Below are positions 37,570 through 51,386 of a stretch of DNA of 64,000 nucleotides, in pieces (the stretch's first letter is position 1; each line of letters opens with the position of its first letter). This stretch comes from Mobula birostris (Eukaryota), in NCBI RefSeq assembly GCF_030028105.1, contig NC_092377.1:33290782-33354781 (forward strand), in the 5' to 3' direction. The notes beneath the pieces are model-generated. The model saw only the letters and a program-made list of their open reading frames with translations, was not told where the DNA came from and searched no databases. The position numbers were made by a program, and so were the translations under genes.

Positions 37570-40385
37570 TCTAGTCAGGAAAAAGAAGGCAGCATATGTC
37601 AGGTATAAGTATCTGGGATGAAGCAAATTCTTTAAGGAGTTTGAGTTTGCACGTGCTTTTCAGAAGGAAATCAGGAGGGCAAAAAGGGGATCTGAGATAC
37701 AGCATATTTGGTAGCAGTGACATCGGCTGGTGGTGCACTGACATCAACGCTGGGCTCCGGATCGAAGGTTCCCGAGTTCGAATCCAGTCGGGCGGCTCCC
37801 GGGCACGCTTTCCGTCCATGCCGGGTTGAGTGTCGAGCTCGCATCTCGGCCTCGTAAAAAAAACTGCACTGTGAGAAGGACGTGGGGGCCACTCACAGAA
37901 TCTTTCCTCCAAGACAACCACTTGAAAAAAAAGTGGTTGCAGAGTATGGCACACAAAAAAAAAATTGGTAGATAATGTAAAGGAGAATTGTAGGAGACTC
38001 TATAAGAATATTAAGAAGAAAAAAAAAACTAAAAAGAGAATAGGTCTCCGTGAGGATCAGTGTGATCCCCCATGTGTGGAGGCACAGGAGGTGATGAGGT
38101 CTTGAATGGGTACTTCGTGCCTGTATTTCCCATGAAGCAGGATATGGAAGCTGGTTAGTTCGGGAAGGGAACAGCGATGTTCTGAAACCTATCGGTTTTA
38201 TGAAAGGGAAGGTGTTGGTGTTCTTGAGGCGCATAAGGGTAAATAAAGGGTAAATACATCCCTATTGCGGAAAATAAGGGGAGAAATTGCTGGGATTCTG
38301 GCAGAGATTTTTCTGTCCTCCTGAGCCACGAGGGAGGATGCATTTATTTAAGAGCTGCAAAGACGAGCCAGGGATCAAGAAGCCGGTGACTCGAACAGCA
38401 TCAATAGTGGGGAAAATACTGGAGGATATTCTGAGAGACAGAATTTATCTACATTTGGAGAGGCAAAGTCTGATTAGGGATAGTCTGCCTTGAGATGTGA
38501 AATTATGTTTCACAAATTTGATTATGTTTTTGAAGATATGACAAAGGGGAAAGGGCAGTAGACAACTGCATGAACTTTAGCAAGGCTTTTGGTAAGAACC
38601 AAATGGCTGACTGGTCTGTAAAGTGAGATCACTTGGGATCTAGGCTGAGCCAGCCAGCTGAATACAGAATTTGTACGGTGGAAGGAATCAGAAGGTGGTA
38701 GGCCACAGGGATCAGTGTTGCCCAATAAGCCCTTGGGATATAGGAGCAGAATTAGGCCATTTGTCCCATTGAGTCTGCTCTGCTATTCCATGATAGCTCA
38801 TTTATTATTCCCTCTTCACTCCATTCTCCTGTCTCCTTCCCCATCAATCCTTGAAGACCTTACTAATCAGGAACTTTTCAACTGCTACTTAAAATAAGTC
38901 TTCTCCTCGACAGCTATCTATGGAAATGAATCCCACAGATTCACCGCCCGCTGGCTAAGGAAATTCCTCCTCATCTCTTATCTAAGTGGACGTCCTTTGG
39001 ATCTGAGGCTGTACCCTCACGCTCCAGACTCCCCCACGACTGGAAACATCCTCTCCACATCTGCTCTTCCAGGCCTTTCAATATTCAGCAGATTTCAATG
39101 AGATCCCCCTTCATCCTTCTAAACTCTAGCGAGTACAGACCCAGAGTCATCAAATACCCCTCATAGATTAACCCTTTCGTCTCCTAGATAACTTCTGTAA
39201 ACCTCTTCTGGCCCCTCTCCAATACCAGCACATCTTTCCATAGATATGAGTGATGTGAAATTGCTCACAATACTCCAGATGTGGTCTGCCCAACATCATA
39301 TAAAGCTTCAGCATACATTCTTGCTTTTGTATTCTATTTCTCTTGAAATAAATGTTAATGTCTCATTTACCTTCCTTACTCTCAATTCAACCTACAAGTT
39401 AACCTTTAGGGAATACTGCACCCATGACTCTCATGCCCATAGCCACCTCCAATTTCTGAATTATTTTCCAGCTAGAAAAAAGTCTACACTTGGAAGAATA
39501 AGGGATGATCTCATTAAAACCTACCAAATATTGAAAGGCCTAGAAAGAATGGACATGGAGAAGATATTTCCCATAGTGGGGTAGTCTATGACCAGAGGGT
39601 ACAGACTCAGAATACAAGGACATCCCTTTCTTTAGCCAAAGGGCGGTGAATCTGTGGAATACATTGCTACAAATGCCGTGGAGGCCAAGTCATTGGGATA
39701 TTTAAAGTGGAGTTTGATAGGTTCTTGATTAGTAAGGGTGCCAAAGATTACAAGGAGGAGTTTATTGTTGAGAGGGATAATAAATTAGCCATAATGGAAT
39801 GGCAGAGCAGACTCGATGAGCCAAATGGCATAATTCTGCTATTTCTTATGGTCTTACGATCTTTATTCTTTCCACCAAGGTGTTTGACCATATACTTCCC
39901 CATGCTGTATGCTGTCTGCCACATCTTTGCTCATTCTGCTAACCTGGTCAAGCTGTACTGCAGACTCCGCACTACAACTCAAGAACTCATGCTTTTCAAC
40001 ATTACCTACCCCTCCACCTTTCTTTGTATCATTTACAAACTTGACCACAAAGCCATCAATTCTTTCATCCAAATCCTTAGCGTTTGACATAAGAAGTAGT
40101 TGACCCAACAGAACACCACTAGTCAACAGCAGCCGGCCAGAAAAGGCCCCCTCTATTCCCACTCTTTGCCTTCCACTAGCCAGCCAGTTTTTTGTCATTC
40201 TCATTCTGTTTGTCTGCCATTTCCTCGTTCCTCTGTTGTTTCCCATCTATATTAATGATTTAGATGAGAATGTTGGTGACATGATTAAAAATATGATGAT
40301 GACATCAATTTGTTAGTGTGATGAACAGTGAAGAAGGTTGCCCGGGATTACAAAAAGGTCTAGATCAAATGAATAGGTGAGCAAT
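37570..40385. mobile_element. Nested old CR1 fragments in both orientations
   Basis: + strand RT remnants (VGKILEDILRDRIYLHLE), a minus-strand CR1 at about 38735-40200 (KFVNDTK), and a + strand 3' piece at about 39490-39860 inside it. Confidence 0.75.
37715..37964 (+). mobile_element. tRNA-headed SINE (tail type A)
   Basis: A-box-like TGGTGCACTGA, B-box GTTCGAATCC, body GGGTTGAGTGTCGAGCTCGCATCTCGGCCTCGTAAAAA, poly-A end. TSD TTGGTAG (37708-37714 / 37965-37971) inside a CR1 remnant. Confidence 0.85.
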
Positions 40386-40633
40386 GAATCAGAATCAGGT
40401 TTATTATCATTGGCACTTTTCATGAAATATTGTTGCTTGTGGCAGCAGTACAGTGAAAGATTTAATAAATTATTATAAATTCAAATGAGAAATAAAATAT
40501 ATAATAGTGCAAATGTGGAATAGAACATAGAAATCTGCAGCACATTACAGGCCCTTTGGCCCACAATGTAACCTACTCTAGAAACCACCTAGAATTTCCC
40601 TACCGCATAGCCCTCTATTTTTCTAAGCTCCAT

Positions 40634-42565
40634 AAAGAAAAGAACATAGAATAGTACGGCACAGTACAAGCCCTTTGGCCCACAATGTTGTGCCGACCCT
40701 CAAACCCTGCCTCCCATATAACACCCCCCCACCTTAAATTCCTCCATATACCTGTCTAGTAGTCTCTTAAATTTCACTAGTGTATCTGCCTCCACCACTG
40801 ACTCAGGCAGTGCATTCCATGCACCAACCACTCTCTGAGTCAAAAACCTTCCTCTAATATCCCCCTTGAAATTTCCACCCCTTACCTTAAAGCCATGCCC
40901 TCTTGTATTGAGCAGTGGTGCCCTGGGGAAGAGGCACTGGCTGTCCACTCTATCTATTCCTCTTAATATCTTGTATACCTGTATCATGTCTCCTCTCATC
41001 CTCCTCCTCTCCAAAGAGTAAAGCCCTAGCTCCTGTAATCTCTGATCATAATCTATACTTTCTAAACCAGACAGCATCCTGGTAAACCTCCTCTGTACCC
41101 TTTCCAATGCTTCCACATCCTTCCTATAGTGAGGCGACCAGAACTGGACACAGTACTCCAAGTGTGGCCTAACCAGAGTTTTATAGAGCTGCATCATTAC
41201 CCTGCGACTCTTAAACTCTATCCCTCGACTTATGAAAGCTAACACTCCTTAAGCTTTCTTAACTGCCCTATCCACCTCTGAGGCAACTTTCAGGCATCTG
41301 TGGACATGTACCCCCAGATCCCTCTGCTCCTCCACACTACCAAGTATCCTGCCATTTACTATGTACTCTGCCTTGGAGTTTATCCTTCCAAAGTGTACCA
41401 CCTCACACTTCTCTGGGTTGAACTCCATCTGCCACTTCTCAGCCCACTTCTGCATCCTATGAATGTCTCTCTGCAATCTTCGACAATCCTCTACACTATG
41501 TACAACACCACCAACCTTTGTGTCATCTGCAAACTTGCCAACCCACCCCTGTACCCCCATATCCAGGTCGTTAATAAAAATCACGAAAAGTAGAGGTCCC
41601 AGAACAGATCCTTGTGGGACACCACTAGTCACAATCCTCCAATCTGAATGTACTCCCTCCACTACGACCCTCTGCCTTCTGCAGGCAGACCAATTCTGAA
41701 TCCACCTGGCCAAACTTCCCTGGATCCCATGCCTTCTGACTTTCTAAATAAGCCTACCATGTGGAACCTTGTCAAATGCCTTACTAAAATCCATATAGCT
41801 CACATCCACTGCGCTACCCTCATCTATATGCCTGGTCACCTCCTCAAAGAACTCTATCAGGCTTGTTAGACGCGATCTGCCCTTCACAAAACCATGCTGA
41901 CTGTCCCTGATCAGACCATGATTCTCTAAATGCCCATAGCTCTAAGAATCTTTTCCAACAGCTTTCCCACCACAGACGTAAGGCTCACTGGTCTATAATC
42001 ACCCGGACTATCCCTACTACCTTTTTTGAACGAGGGGACAACATTTGCCTCCCTCCAATCCTCCAGTACCATTCCCGTGGACAACGAGGACATAAAGATC
42101 CTAGCCAGAGGCTCAGCAATCTCTTCCCTTGCCTCGTGGAGCAGCCTGGGGAATATTCCGTCAGGCCCCGGGGACTTATCCGTCCTAATGTATTTTAACA
42201 AATCCAACACCTCCTCTCCCTTAATATCAACATGCTCCAGAACATCAACCTCACTCATATTGTCCTCACCGTCATCAAGTTCCCTCTCATTGAATACCAA
42301 AGAGAAGTATTCATTGAGGACCTCGCTCACTTCCACAGCCTCCAGGCACATCTTCCCACCTTTATCTCTAATCGGTCCTACCTTCACTCCTGTCATCCTT
42401 TTTTTCTTCACATAATTGAAGAATGCCTTGGGGTTTTCCTTTACCCAACTCACCAAGGCCTTCTCATGCCCCCTTCTTGCTCTTCTCAGCCCCTTCTTAA
42501 GCTCCTTTCTTGCTACCCTATATTCCTCAATAGAGCCATCTGATCCTTGCTTCTGAAACCTCATG
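40634..42565 (-). mobile_element. Young 5'-truncated CR1 (RT to tail), nested in another CR1 3' end (about 40520-43070)
   Basis: ORFs 41926-42564, 41249-41713 and 40700-41245 carry KSPGPDGIFPR, GVPQGSVLGPLLF, KFADDTK and RPHLEYCVQFWSP with few lesions. The host CR1 tail resumes at about 42570. Confidence 0.93.
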
Positions 42566-43626
42566 TATGCTGCCTATCCAGGAGTCTCTTAAAAGACCCT
42601 ATTACATCTGCCTCCACCACTGTCGCTGGCAGTACATTCCACGCACCCCCACCCTCTGTGTGAAAAACTTACCTCTGACATCCCCCTTGTACGTACTTCC
42701 AAGCACCTTAAAACTGTGCCCCCTCGTGTTAGTCATTTCAGCCCTGGGAAAAAGCTTCTGGCTATCCACACGATCAATGCCTCTCATCATCGTGTACACC
42801 TCTATCGAGTCACCTCTCATCCTCCATCGCTCCAAGGAGAAAAGGCCAAGTTCACTCAACCTGTTTTCATAAGGCACACCCTCCAATCCAGGCAACATCC
42901 TTTTAAATTTCCTCTGCTCTTCTCTATAGTATCCACATACTTCCTGTAAAGAAGTGACCAGAACTGAACACAGTACTCCAAGTGGGGTCTGACCAAGGTC
43001 TTGTATAGCTGTAACATTACCTCACGGGTCTTGAACTCAATCCAACAGTTGATGAATGCCAACACACCACACTCAGTCGTGACACCTTCTGAATAGTGAC
43101 ATAGAGTCCATGGGTTCGTGGACCATTCGGAAATCTGATGGTGGAGGGGAAGGACCTATTCCTGAAATGTTGAGTGTGCATGTCTTCAGGTTCCTGTACC
43201 ACTTCCCTGATAATGGAGGCCTGCAGGCTCCTGTACTCCTTCCCTGATCGTGGAGGAATGGAATGGAAGATGGAATTTAATTCCAACAAATGTAAAATGG
43301 TGTATTTTGTGAAGTATAAACAGGTAGGATACATACAGTGAATGTCGGGGGGAGTGTTGTAGAACAGAGAGAACTAGGTATATGAGTACGTAGTTTTTCT
43401 GAAAGCAGACACATGTAGACAAGCTGGTGAAGGAGGCATATGGCATGCCTATATTAATTGAATGAAGCACCAAGTCCAAATGCTGGGACATTATAGTACA
43501 GCTCTACAAGACATGATGAGGCTGAACCCAGAATGTTGTTACAGTTCTGGTCACCATACAATAGGAAGGATGTGAATAAATAGGGAGGGTGCAGAAAAGA
43601 TTCACAAAGATTTGCTGGAACTCAGG

Positions 43627-43730
43627 ACAAACGAGAAAATCTGCAGATGCTGGAAATCCAAGCAATACACATAAAGTGCTGGAGGAACTCAGCAGGCCAG
43701 GCAGCATCTATGGATGAAAGTATGGTCAAC
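43627..43730 (-). mobile_element. Hammerhead-family insertion truncated next to the cleavage triplet
   Basis: 12-bp TSD CTGGAACTCAGG (43615-43626 / 43731-43742) inside a CR1 remnant. The insert begins GTT-GACC on the minus strand. Confidence 0.88.
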
Positions 43731-44173
43731 CTGGAACTCAGGGACTTGATCTATATGGAGTGACTGGATAGGGTGGGGCTATTATTCCTATAGAGAAGGA
43801 AGCTAAGGGATGATCTAATTGAACCCGGGTCACTGGTACTGTAAAGGGTTGTCCTAGCCGCTACACTCCATGCCTCCTGTTTGCTTGGTCATCTATGTTG
43901 CTTATTTCAAATGATTAGATAATTGAAAATTATAAAGTAAAAGACAATTTATAGTTATCAGGAGTAATGTGTACAATTTTTATGGCATATAATAACAATT
44001 GCATTTAATTCCAAACATTGAGACTAATCTGTTTTAAATGAGATGTATATGCAATTTAGCAGATTAATCCATGGTTTTGTGCTTAGCCATGAAACATTAT
44101 TTTAAATGGCTGCCAGGACTTAAATATTTGTCTCAATAATCACTAACTGTTAATTACTATCTTTTCTTTTCAG

Positions 44174-44305
44174 GGAAAAGTGCTTGTATTTGCCCCTCAG
44201 AGAGGCAGTACTCTAAACCAGTTCTGCAGCCTTGCAGAAAAAGCCTGTTTAACTGCCCAGAGGCTTGTGAATTACGACGACCATGTTTGGAACTTTCACC
44301 TCAAG
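44174..44305 (+). CDS. CAMKMT: CAMKMT penultimate coding exon: [44 protein letters not shown]
   Basis: Acceptor cttttcttttcag|GGA and donor AAG|gtcag; 132 nt, phase 0-0. Matches recalled human [26 protein letters not shown]...ENYDEHISNFHSK. The terminal exon was not found in the window. Confidence 0.97.
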
Positions 44306-45382
44306 GTCAGAACTCTCCCAATATTAGGGAAGCATCACAATCCGTTTTGCATTAGGAAAGGATCACAAGAGTTTTTTGACAGATACCTTAAATGCCTCTG
44401 ACTGCATTATACCCCCTGGCATCTCCTCCTGTATTATATTAATTATGTTCTTGTGCAGCAAATCCTCTCAGACTACCTTGCCTGAAGCTGTTCATTACAG
44501 GAAATGCTTATTAACACTTTATATGCACTCTTTAGGATGACAATTCCAGTTTTTTGAATTTTACTCTAATTTGTACCATATTGGTTATCTTTTACCTGTG
44601 CCAAGTCTAACTGCTTGGCACGTGATCAAGCGATCTCTTCCCTTCTCTTCCTCGGGAGCTATTAGAGTGTCTCTGCCAATAATCATTTGTTTAGAATATA
44701 CAGGCATTTGACTCTGTCTGCTTAAGCCCATACAATTTATTAAATAATCTACTCTCTTCTTCCAAAGGACTGGCTGTTGCTGGGTGCTGGTTGCCCTCGG
44801 ATACATGCTCCAAATTTTCATACTTTAATGTTTGTAGTTAAATTTGAGAACATGTTCAACTACATTTAGATCATTATGGCAGACCCCAATCTGATTCCAA
44901 GGCAATGTTTGCAATTGCAGCTGTTCAGGACTAATAACTGAACAGCAATGAGCAATAGAATACAGGCTGGTTTTTCTTTGCATATTTGCTCTACCCAGGA
45001 GGGTATTGCTAATGACATTTTTCCATACAAACTGAAAGCACAGAAGAGAAAGCTATTCCCAACCATCTTTACACCACCCCACCCAGCCTTCAAAAAAAAA
45101 GTTATCTGTATTTAATAGCAACCCATAAGCCACAGGAGTAGCTTTAGGCCCATTGGGTCTGCTCTGCCATTTCATCATGGCTGATCCATTTCCCCGCCTA
45201 ACCCCACTCTCCTGCCTTCTGTGCTTACATTTTTTTGGAATATTAATCTGTGTGTCAAAACCAAACTTGGACACACACTTTTCTGTTCCATCGTCATTAA
45301 TAAACGTGACAACTATTCCCAACGTAATTCCAGGACACCACTGTGGATATCTGAACAATTTGAATACCTATCTACATGTTCT

Positions 45383-45700
45383 GAATTAGGATCAGATTTA
45401 CTATCACTGGCATATATCGTGACATTTGTTGTTTTGTGCCAGCAGTACAGTGCAATCCATACTAAAGATAACTGTAAATTACAATAAATAGTGCTAAAAT
45501 CGAATATCAAGGTAGTGTTTGTGGGTTCATAGACTGTTAATAAATCCGGTGGTAGAGAGGAAGAAGCTGTTCCTAAAGCTTTCAGTGAGTGTCTTCGGGC
45601 TCGTGTATCTCCTTCCTGATGGTAGAAGTGAGAAGCAGGCATGTCCTAGATGGTGAGGGTCTTTAATGATAGATGCCACCTTCTTGAGGCATCGCCTTTC
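45383..45700 (-). mobile_element. Rex-Babar 3' fragment
   Basis: Same 3' UTR and tail as 15222 and 59533. Confidence 0.8.
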
Positions 45701-47762
45701 TCCCAGACTCTCCCAATTTCCTAGCCAGGATTAATCAATTCCCTCTATTTATACAGCACTTTACTTAGTATATAATAGGCTCTTACAAGAGCCTTCATTA
45801 AATGCCCTTTAGAAGTTTATATAAATAAAATCCAAATATATATTCCTGTATTCAACATTTGAAAAATTAACTTTCTATAAATCCATGCTGGCTCAAACTG
45901 ATCTGAAATTTTCAAGTTGTTCATATGTTCAGTGCTTGTAAACTCTAGTAATTTCTTGACAATAGATTTTAGTTGTAATGGAATATTATTTCCAGGTTTT
46001 CCCTGCTCAACCCCAAAAACAGTACAATAGGATGTTTAATATTCCGATCTAGAAACATTCTTGGAACCTTTTTACGGTATAAACTGGTTTAGCATTGCAT
46101 CAATATTTTTGAACCTCACCCACAGAACTACTGTCATTGCATCCATTAAAAGATTTGCGAGCTTTTATTCATGTACTCCCTGATTGTATGGAGGTAGGCC
46201 TGAGCCAAACTTAACACCTTAATAGCTGGTTTATATCACTTTCTTTTGAAAGCTTTAATGAACTTCATTATATTATAAATGTTATTAGTTAACTGTTAAC
46301 CTAATGTTAGTTAAACCTGAGCTTCCTTTCAAAACTAAATCTAATAAAGATTTTTGATTGTGGGACATATTATTCCAACAAAACAGTTTTGAACACATTC
46401 CAAAAAATCGCTACCTTTCAGGCATAAGCTAGTGTGCTTTCTGCAATCTAATATGGAAGTTAAATCATCCCTCGAAGCCACTCTGCCCCTGCCTCATGCT
46501 TGACTAATTTCTGCAATTATGCATTCTATCGTTTAACAGTTGCTACCAGGGCAGAGTATATACAATTCCCAGTCCAGTCTTAATTCCTTTTCTGTCTATT
46601 AGTTCAACCTGGTGAGTGTCCGCTGCCCACTTACAAATGTCTGTACTTTCCTGCTATCATCTTTTCATCAGTGAAGTGATTTCCCCTTTAATCACCGAGG
46701 CTGCACTATTTCCTCGATATTTCATGTAAGTTTGTAACCTGGTATATTTAGTTTGCAGTCTTGATCACTTTACAGCAATATCTCAGTGATGGCTACAACA
46801 TCAAGCCTTCCAAATTGAATTTACACTTGCAATTAATACATTTTGTTCCTTTTACTTTGTGTGCAGTAACACAAGTGCTAATTCAAGCCATAAACTCTAA
46901 CCCAGCCCTCTACTCTAATGTTTTACTTACATGTTTCAATTTTCTCTCTCCTGGTTAAATTATATCCTTTAGGTTTAACCTTTAGCTGAGTACGTAAAGT
47001 TCAGTTTCGGAATACATGACCATTCTCTTCCTTTTAATTTGTTTTAGAACTAATTTAATCGCTTTGCGACCACTCTCCTTAATCTTTCTGCTGGGAGTTT
47101 GGTCTCAGTCCAGTTCAGCTCCTTCCTTCCTCTGCTCTAAAAGCAGTCTCCGTCTTTCCCACACCAGGGAAACATTTATCTGAAAACTGTATTTTTCTTG
47201 GCCAATTTGCATACAGATTTGCTAATAGTTTAAAACTTGAGGAAATTTTTTTTTTTTGATTTAGCTTTTAAAAATTATTTTGCTCCAAGCAGGTTCCTTA
47301 GCCTGCAACTTCCCAACATGGATTATCCTTGCCCTTTTGCTCTATACTGTCAATCACACTAATCACACACTGATCCTCTACTTACAGTATTTACTGAAGT
47401 CTAGGGCAAACTGTGCAAATACTTCTTCCTCTTCCCTATGTATTAGTTTCTCTCCAACTCGATGACTACATGCCAAAGAAAATTCAATGTTGAGATAGCA
47501 GTTGTTTCAGGATACTGTACAGAGCTGCTTTAAAATAACTATCTATTTCACACTAGAATCTGTTTTCATGTAGTTAGAGCAACAATCTAAGTAATAGAAC
47601 ATGGAACAAAAGTAAACATGAAGAAATAAATTACTTGATACCAATAATGCTTCTAATGTAGATGTGAATGTGAAATGAGTACTGATTGACCAGGTAATTA
47701 TTTGCTGGTGTTTGGTCTTGACTTTTACAAGTACTTAATTAAGTGGAAGTTTTCATCTAGAG

Positions 47763-47845
47763 CAGGGGTTCCCAACTTTTGTTTTAATGCCATGAACTCC
47801 TACCATTAACCAAGGGGTCCATGGACCCTAGGTTGGGCGTCCCTG
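47763..47845. mobile_element. hAT (Charlie-type) MITE, 83 bp
   Basis: Terminal inverted repeats CAGGGGTTCCCAAC / GTTGGGCGTCCCTG; 8-bp flanks ATCTAGAG / CTCCAGAG. Confidence 0.85.
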
Positions 47846-48798
47846 CTCCAGAGAATCATTAATCCCTCTGGTGTGCATTTAGAACATTTTCATTTAATAC
47901 TTAAAACTATTCGATCTTCAAATGTACAGTAACTAGTTAGAATAATACAGGGATAATATTCTTAAAGCCTTTGGAGCCATGTCCTATTACAAAACACACT
48001 TATATAATGTGGGGAAGAAAATTAGGAAAGAAATATAGTTAACCATTTAAGGGCTACTCCAAAACGTCAATGGATGTAGACATTATGCAATGTGCAGTTT
48101 TGAGATCTCTGTGGCCCTGGGGTCCTACAGTTGGTTCCTGGACCTTGCTGAGTTAGTAGCAAGGGTTGCCCTAATGTCAGACAAGGACAGAATAACCCTT
48201 AAAACAACCCTGTAGCTCTCAAGGAAGGGAACTTGTATAACGTTTTGGAGATCCACTGATGGCATTTCTGAATAAAATTTAATTTAAAAGCAGTGGGAAG
48301 TAAATCTGGGTTTAAAAACTAGGTACCTTTTACCTTGTAATTATTCCTAGAGTTTCACAATATGGCATTTCCTCTTAAGATGTTGTGTGAATCTGCATTT
48401 GACTACAAGGAAATAAAATGTACAAGGTATAATTTGCTGAAAACTCCCAGGTGACGAGGCTCTATTTCTTGACATTGTGTCAGTCTCAAATTCCAAATAG
48501 TTAAAGTTCCAACAGCTGTGACAGTAAACACCGGTGTCAGATACCACAAGTTTTTGGTTAGCAGTGATATTTCCCACTATGCCTTCTAGGTCAATGACGT
48601 TTTTGATTAAAATACTTCATCAGTCAGCAAATTCCTTATGCTTATTATTATTGACAGCTAATTGCCAATAGATTCCGACTTATTGATTAAACAAAGTCTA
48701 AACAGTCACTTTGATCTGCAACTAGGCACACAATCACCACCAATCTGTTTGGCTCTTCCTACATGCTTTCGTCTACTGTTGTAGGGTACTCCATATAT

Positions 48799-48953
48799 AA
48801 ACAAGAGAAAACCTGGAGATGCTGGGAATCAAAATGCTGGAGGAACTCAGCAGACCCTTCATCATGAAGGGCCTCGGTCTGAAATGTCGGCTGTTAACTC
48901 TTTTCCATAGATGCTGCATAGTCTGCTGAGTTCCTCTAGCATTTTGTGTGTAT
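48799..48953. mobile_element. Older palindromic hammerhead-family insertion
   Basis: Centre CCCTTCAT-C-ATGAAGGG (48855-48871). TSD TACTCCATATAT / TACTCTGTATAT (48787-48798 / 48954-48965). Confidence 0.88.
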
Positions 48954-51386
48954 TACTCTGTATATCATTTTGTAGTATTTTGCAGAGAAGGATATACTTA
49001 TTTTTACTACTCAGGAATTGCTGTCATGTTCTGTTGAAGTGGCCTTAATAGACAAATTCATGAAACTGACAATAGAGTAGGAGTAGGCTATCAAATTTAC
49101 TTAAAACTGATTTTTGCTGCATGAAATGTATGCAAATGTTTAATAATATGTCATCTTCTTAGTGGCATTACAGCATGAAATACTACAATCACAACATTTT
49201 GAGCCCTGATGCATTAAAGAGCTTATATGTGCAATTGTTTCAATTAAACCTATTTTATTTTATTTATCTACTTTTCATGTGCTGTTCAGTATTTATTGGC
49301 TATGAAGATTGTTAGGCAGGTAGGTGGCTTACCACCAGGGGTCTGCCCTCGTGTTCATTATCCACATCTCTGAGCTGTGAGAAGGCTGCTTTGCTCTGAC
49401 TCTTATTCCCCTGTTTTTTTTTCATTCATGGGTGAGAATGTCACAATTTCTGTGGCCAACTAAATATGTGAAATCTTTCTTTAAATAAAGCCCCAGACTA
49501 TTAGTCCAGTTTTACTATCTGTGACTGAAATTGGACTAGTTGAATTCCGCAGTGAGTTCAATTGTACAATTGCCAATGCATTCTGTAGATTATTTGATCA
49601 TGAATGTCTATCCTTAACATAGATTTCATTCCATTCCTTGAATGTTTTTATTTTGTCACACTTGTAGCCGGCAATTGGCACAACTAGCTGCTTTTATTTG
49701 GGTGCTTATCCCAGTTATACATTACTCAGTGGGATTTATGATTCTAATCTGTAGTTTTTCCTGAGGCATGCTATTTTTTTTTTACTCCATCCACTGTGAT
49801 CATAGTTCAAAATCAAAACTGTGCTTTCATGTATTCCTGCATCCCTGAATTAAAAGATTTGGAACAGTGGCTGTTCTCCATCATTTGTCAAATGAAAATG
49901 AGTTAATTTCTTTGAATATCTCTTACCTTTATGGAATTCGAAATCCTAATCTTAAGGCTTCCAGTGCATTTTTGCAAGTGTAATGTCTAGAATTGCCTAT
50001 GGTGTATTAAATGTGAGTTTTGTTCGCTTACTTAAGTAACATGAAATGCTTTGACATACAATCAGGCAAATGTGAGCTGCAAATGATTGCATGACTACCT
50101 TGTCTGTTAAAAGATTCATATTGACTGAATACTTTCAATGGTCAATAATCACAGGCATCACCTTTTTCCAATTAACCTCATTTTATTGGCTCTGGAGCAT
50201 GCCACTTAGTTAGGCTTTCTTCATCACCCTTCAACTCAAAACATTTTTGCATTGAAAATTGCTGGATGTGTGATCCGATAATGGGGTTTCTAGGACCTTG
50301 ATGATGGGACAAAGCACATATCTCAGCCAACGAAATGTCAAAAATAATTTATATGGCATTTATGATGTAATAAAACACAAGGCTGAGGAGAAAATTTTCT
50401 GAGGTAAATTAGTTTGATCAGGTATGAAAAAAGCTGAACAATAGCTAAAAAATAATTAAAATAAGACAGGACGAGAAGAAATGTGAAAGTAAGAAAATAA
50501 CCTTTTTAAATCTACAAAAATAATTTCAGACGTGGCATTTTCTGGGCCAGCGAGTCATGTCATGATGTACATATTATCAGGAAAAGGTCCTTTGTGATAT
50601 TAACTACGAGTCGTAGTTACTTATCGTGAGTTTGGTTTATTTCAGCACTGTAAATGCAACAATTTCTTGAAAACTGTGAATTGTTAACTGGAAGATGGTA
50701 TGTTGGCTAAAATTAATAATGAAGCAATGCAAATCATTCAGCAGTTATTGGTGAGCGCAAATTTATAGGGCACCTATAGGAGGTGCACAGGAGTGAGATA
50801 GATCAGCTGGTTGAGTGGTGTTGCAACAAAAATGATTGTGAACTTCAGGAAGGGGAAATTGGGGGAACTCACACCAGTCCTCATCGAGGGATCAGCAGTG
50901 GAAAGTGTGAGCAGTTTCAAGTTCCTGGGTGTCAATACCTCTGAAGATCACGGCCCAAACATACAATAAAACAAAGAAGGTATGACAGTGGATATATTTC
51001 ATTAGAAGTTTGAAGAGACTTGGTATGTCACCAAAGACTTGCAAATTTCTAAAGATATACTGTACCGTGCAGAGCAATCTGGCTGAGTACATTGCTGTCT
51101 ACTAAAGAGGGGCCAAAGCACAGAATTGGAAAAAAGCTGCAGAAAGTTGTAAGCTCTGCAGTTCCATCATGGGCTCCAGCCTTCCCAGCATCCAGGACAT
51201 CTTCAAAAGGCAATGCCTCAATTTGTCATTAAGGACCCCCATCACCCATGTCATGCCTTCTTCTCATTGCTACCATCAATGGAGGAACAGGAGCCTGAAA
51301 GCGCACACTCAACATTTCAGGAACAGCTCCTTTCCCTCCTCCATCAGATTCCTGAATGGACAATGAACCCATGAACACTACCTCAC

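Noticed and set aside
37725-37800. Possible tRNA gene (A/B boxes; also 55936 and 58550)
   Set aside because: No complete cloverleaf or terminator is evident, and each is followed by a shared SINE body with TSDs.
44306-44401. Read-through of the last visible CAMKMT exon to a stop at 44401 as the C-terminus
   Set aside because: Similarity to CAMKMT stops at the AAG|gtcag donor. The expected terminal peptide (..YEENLHYPLLL..) was not found, so the last exon is probably beyond the window.
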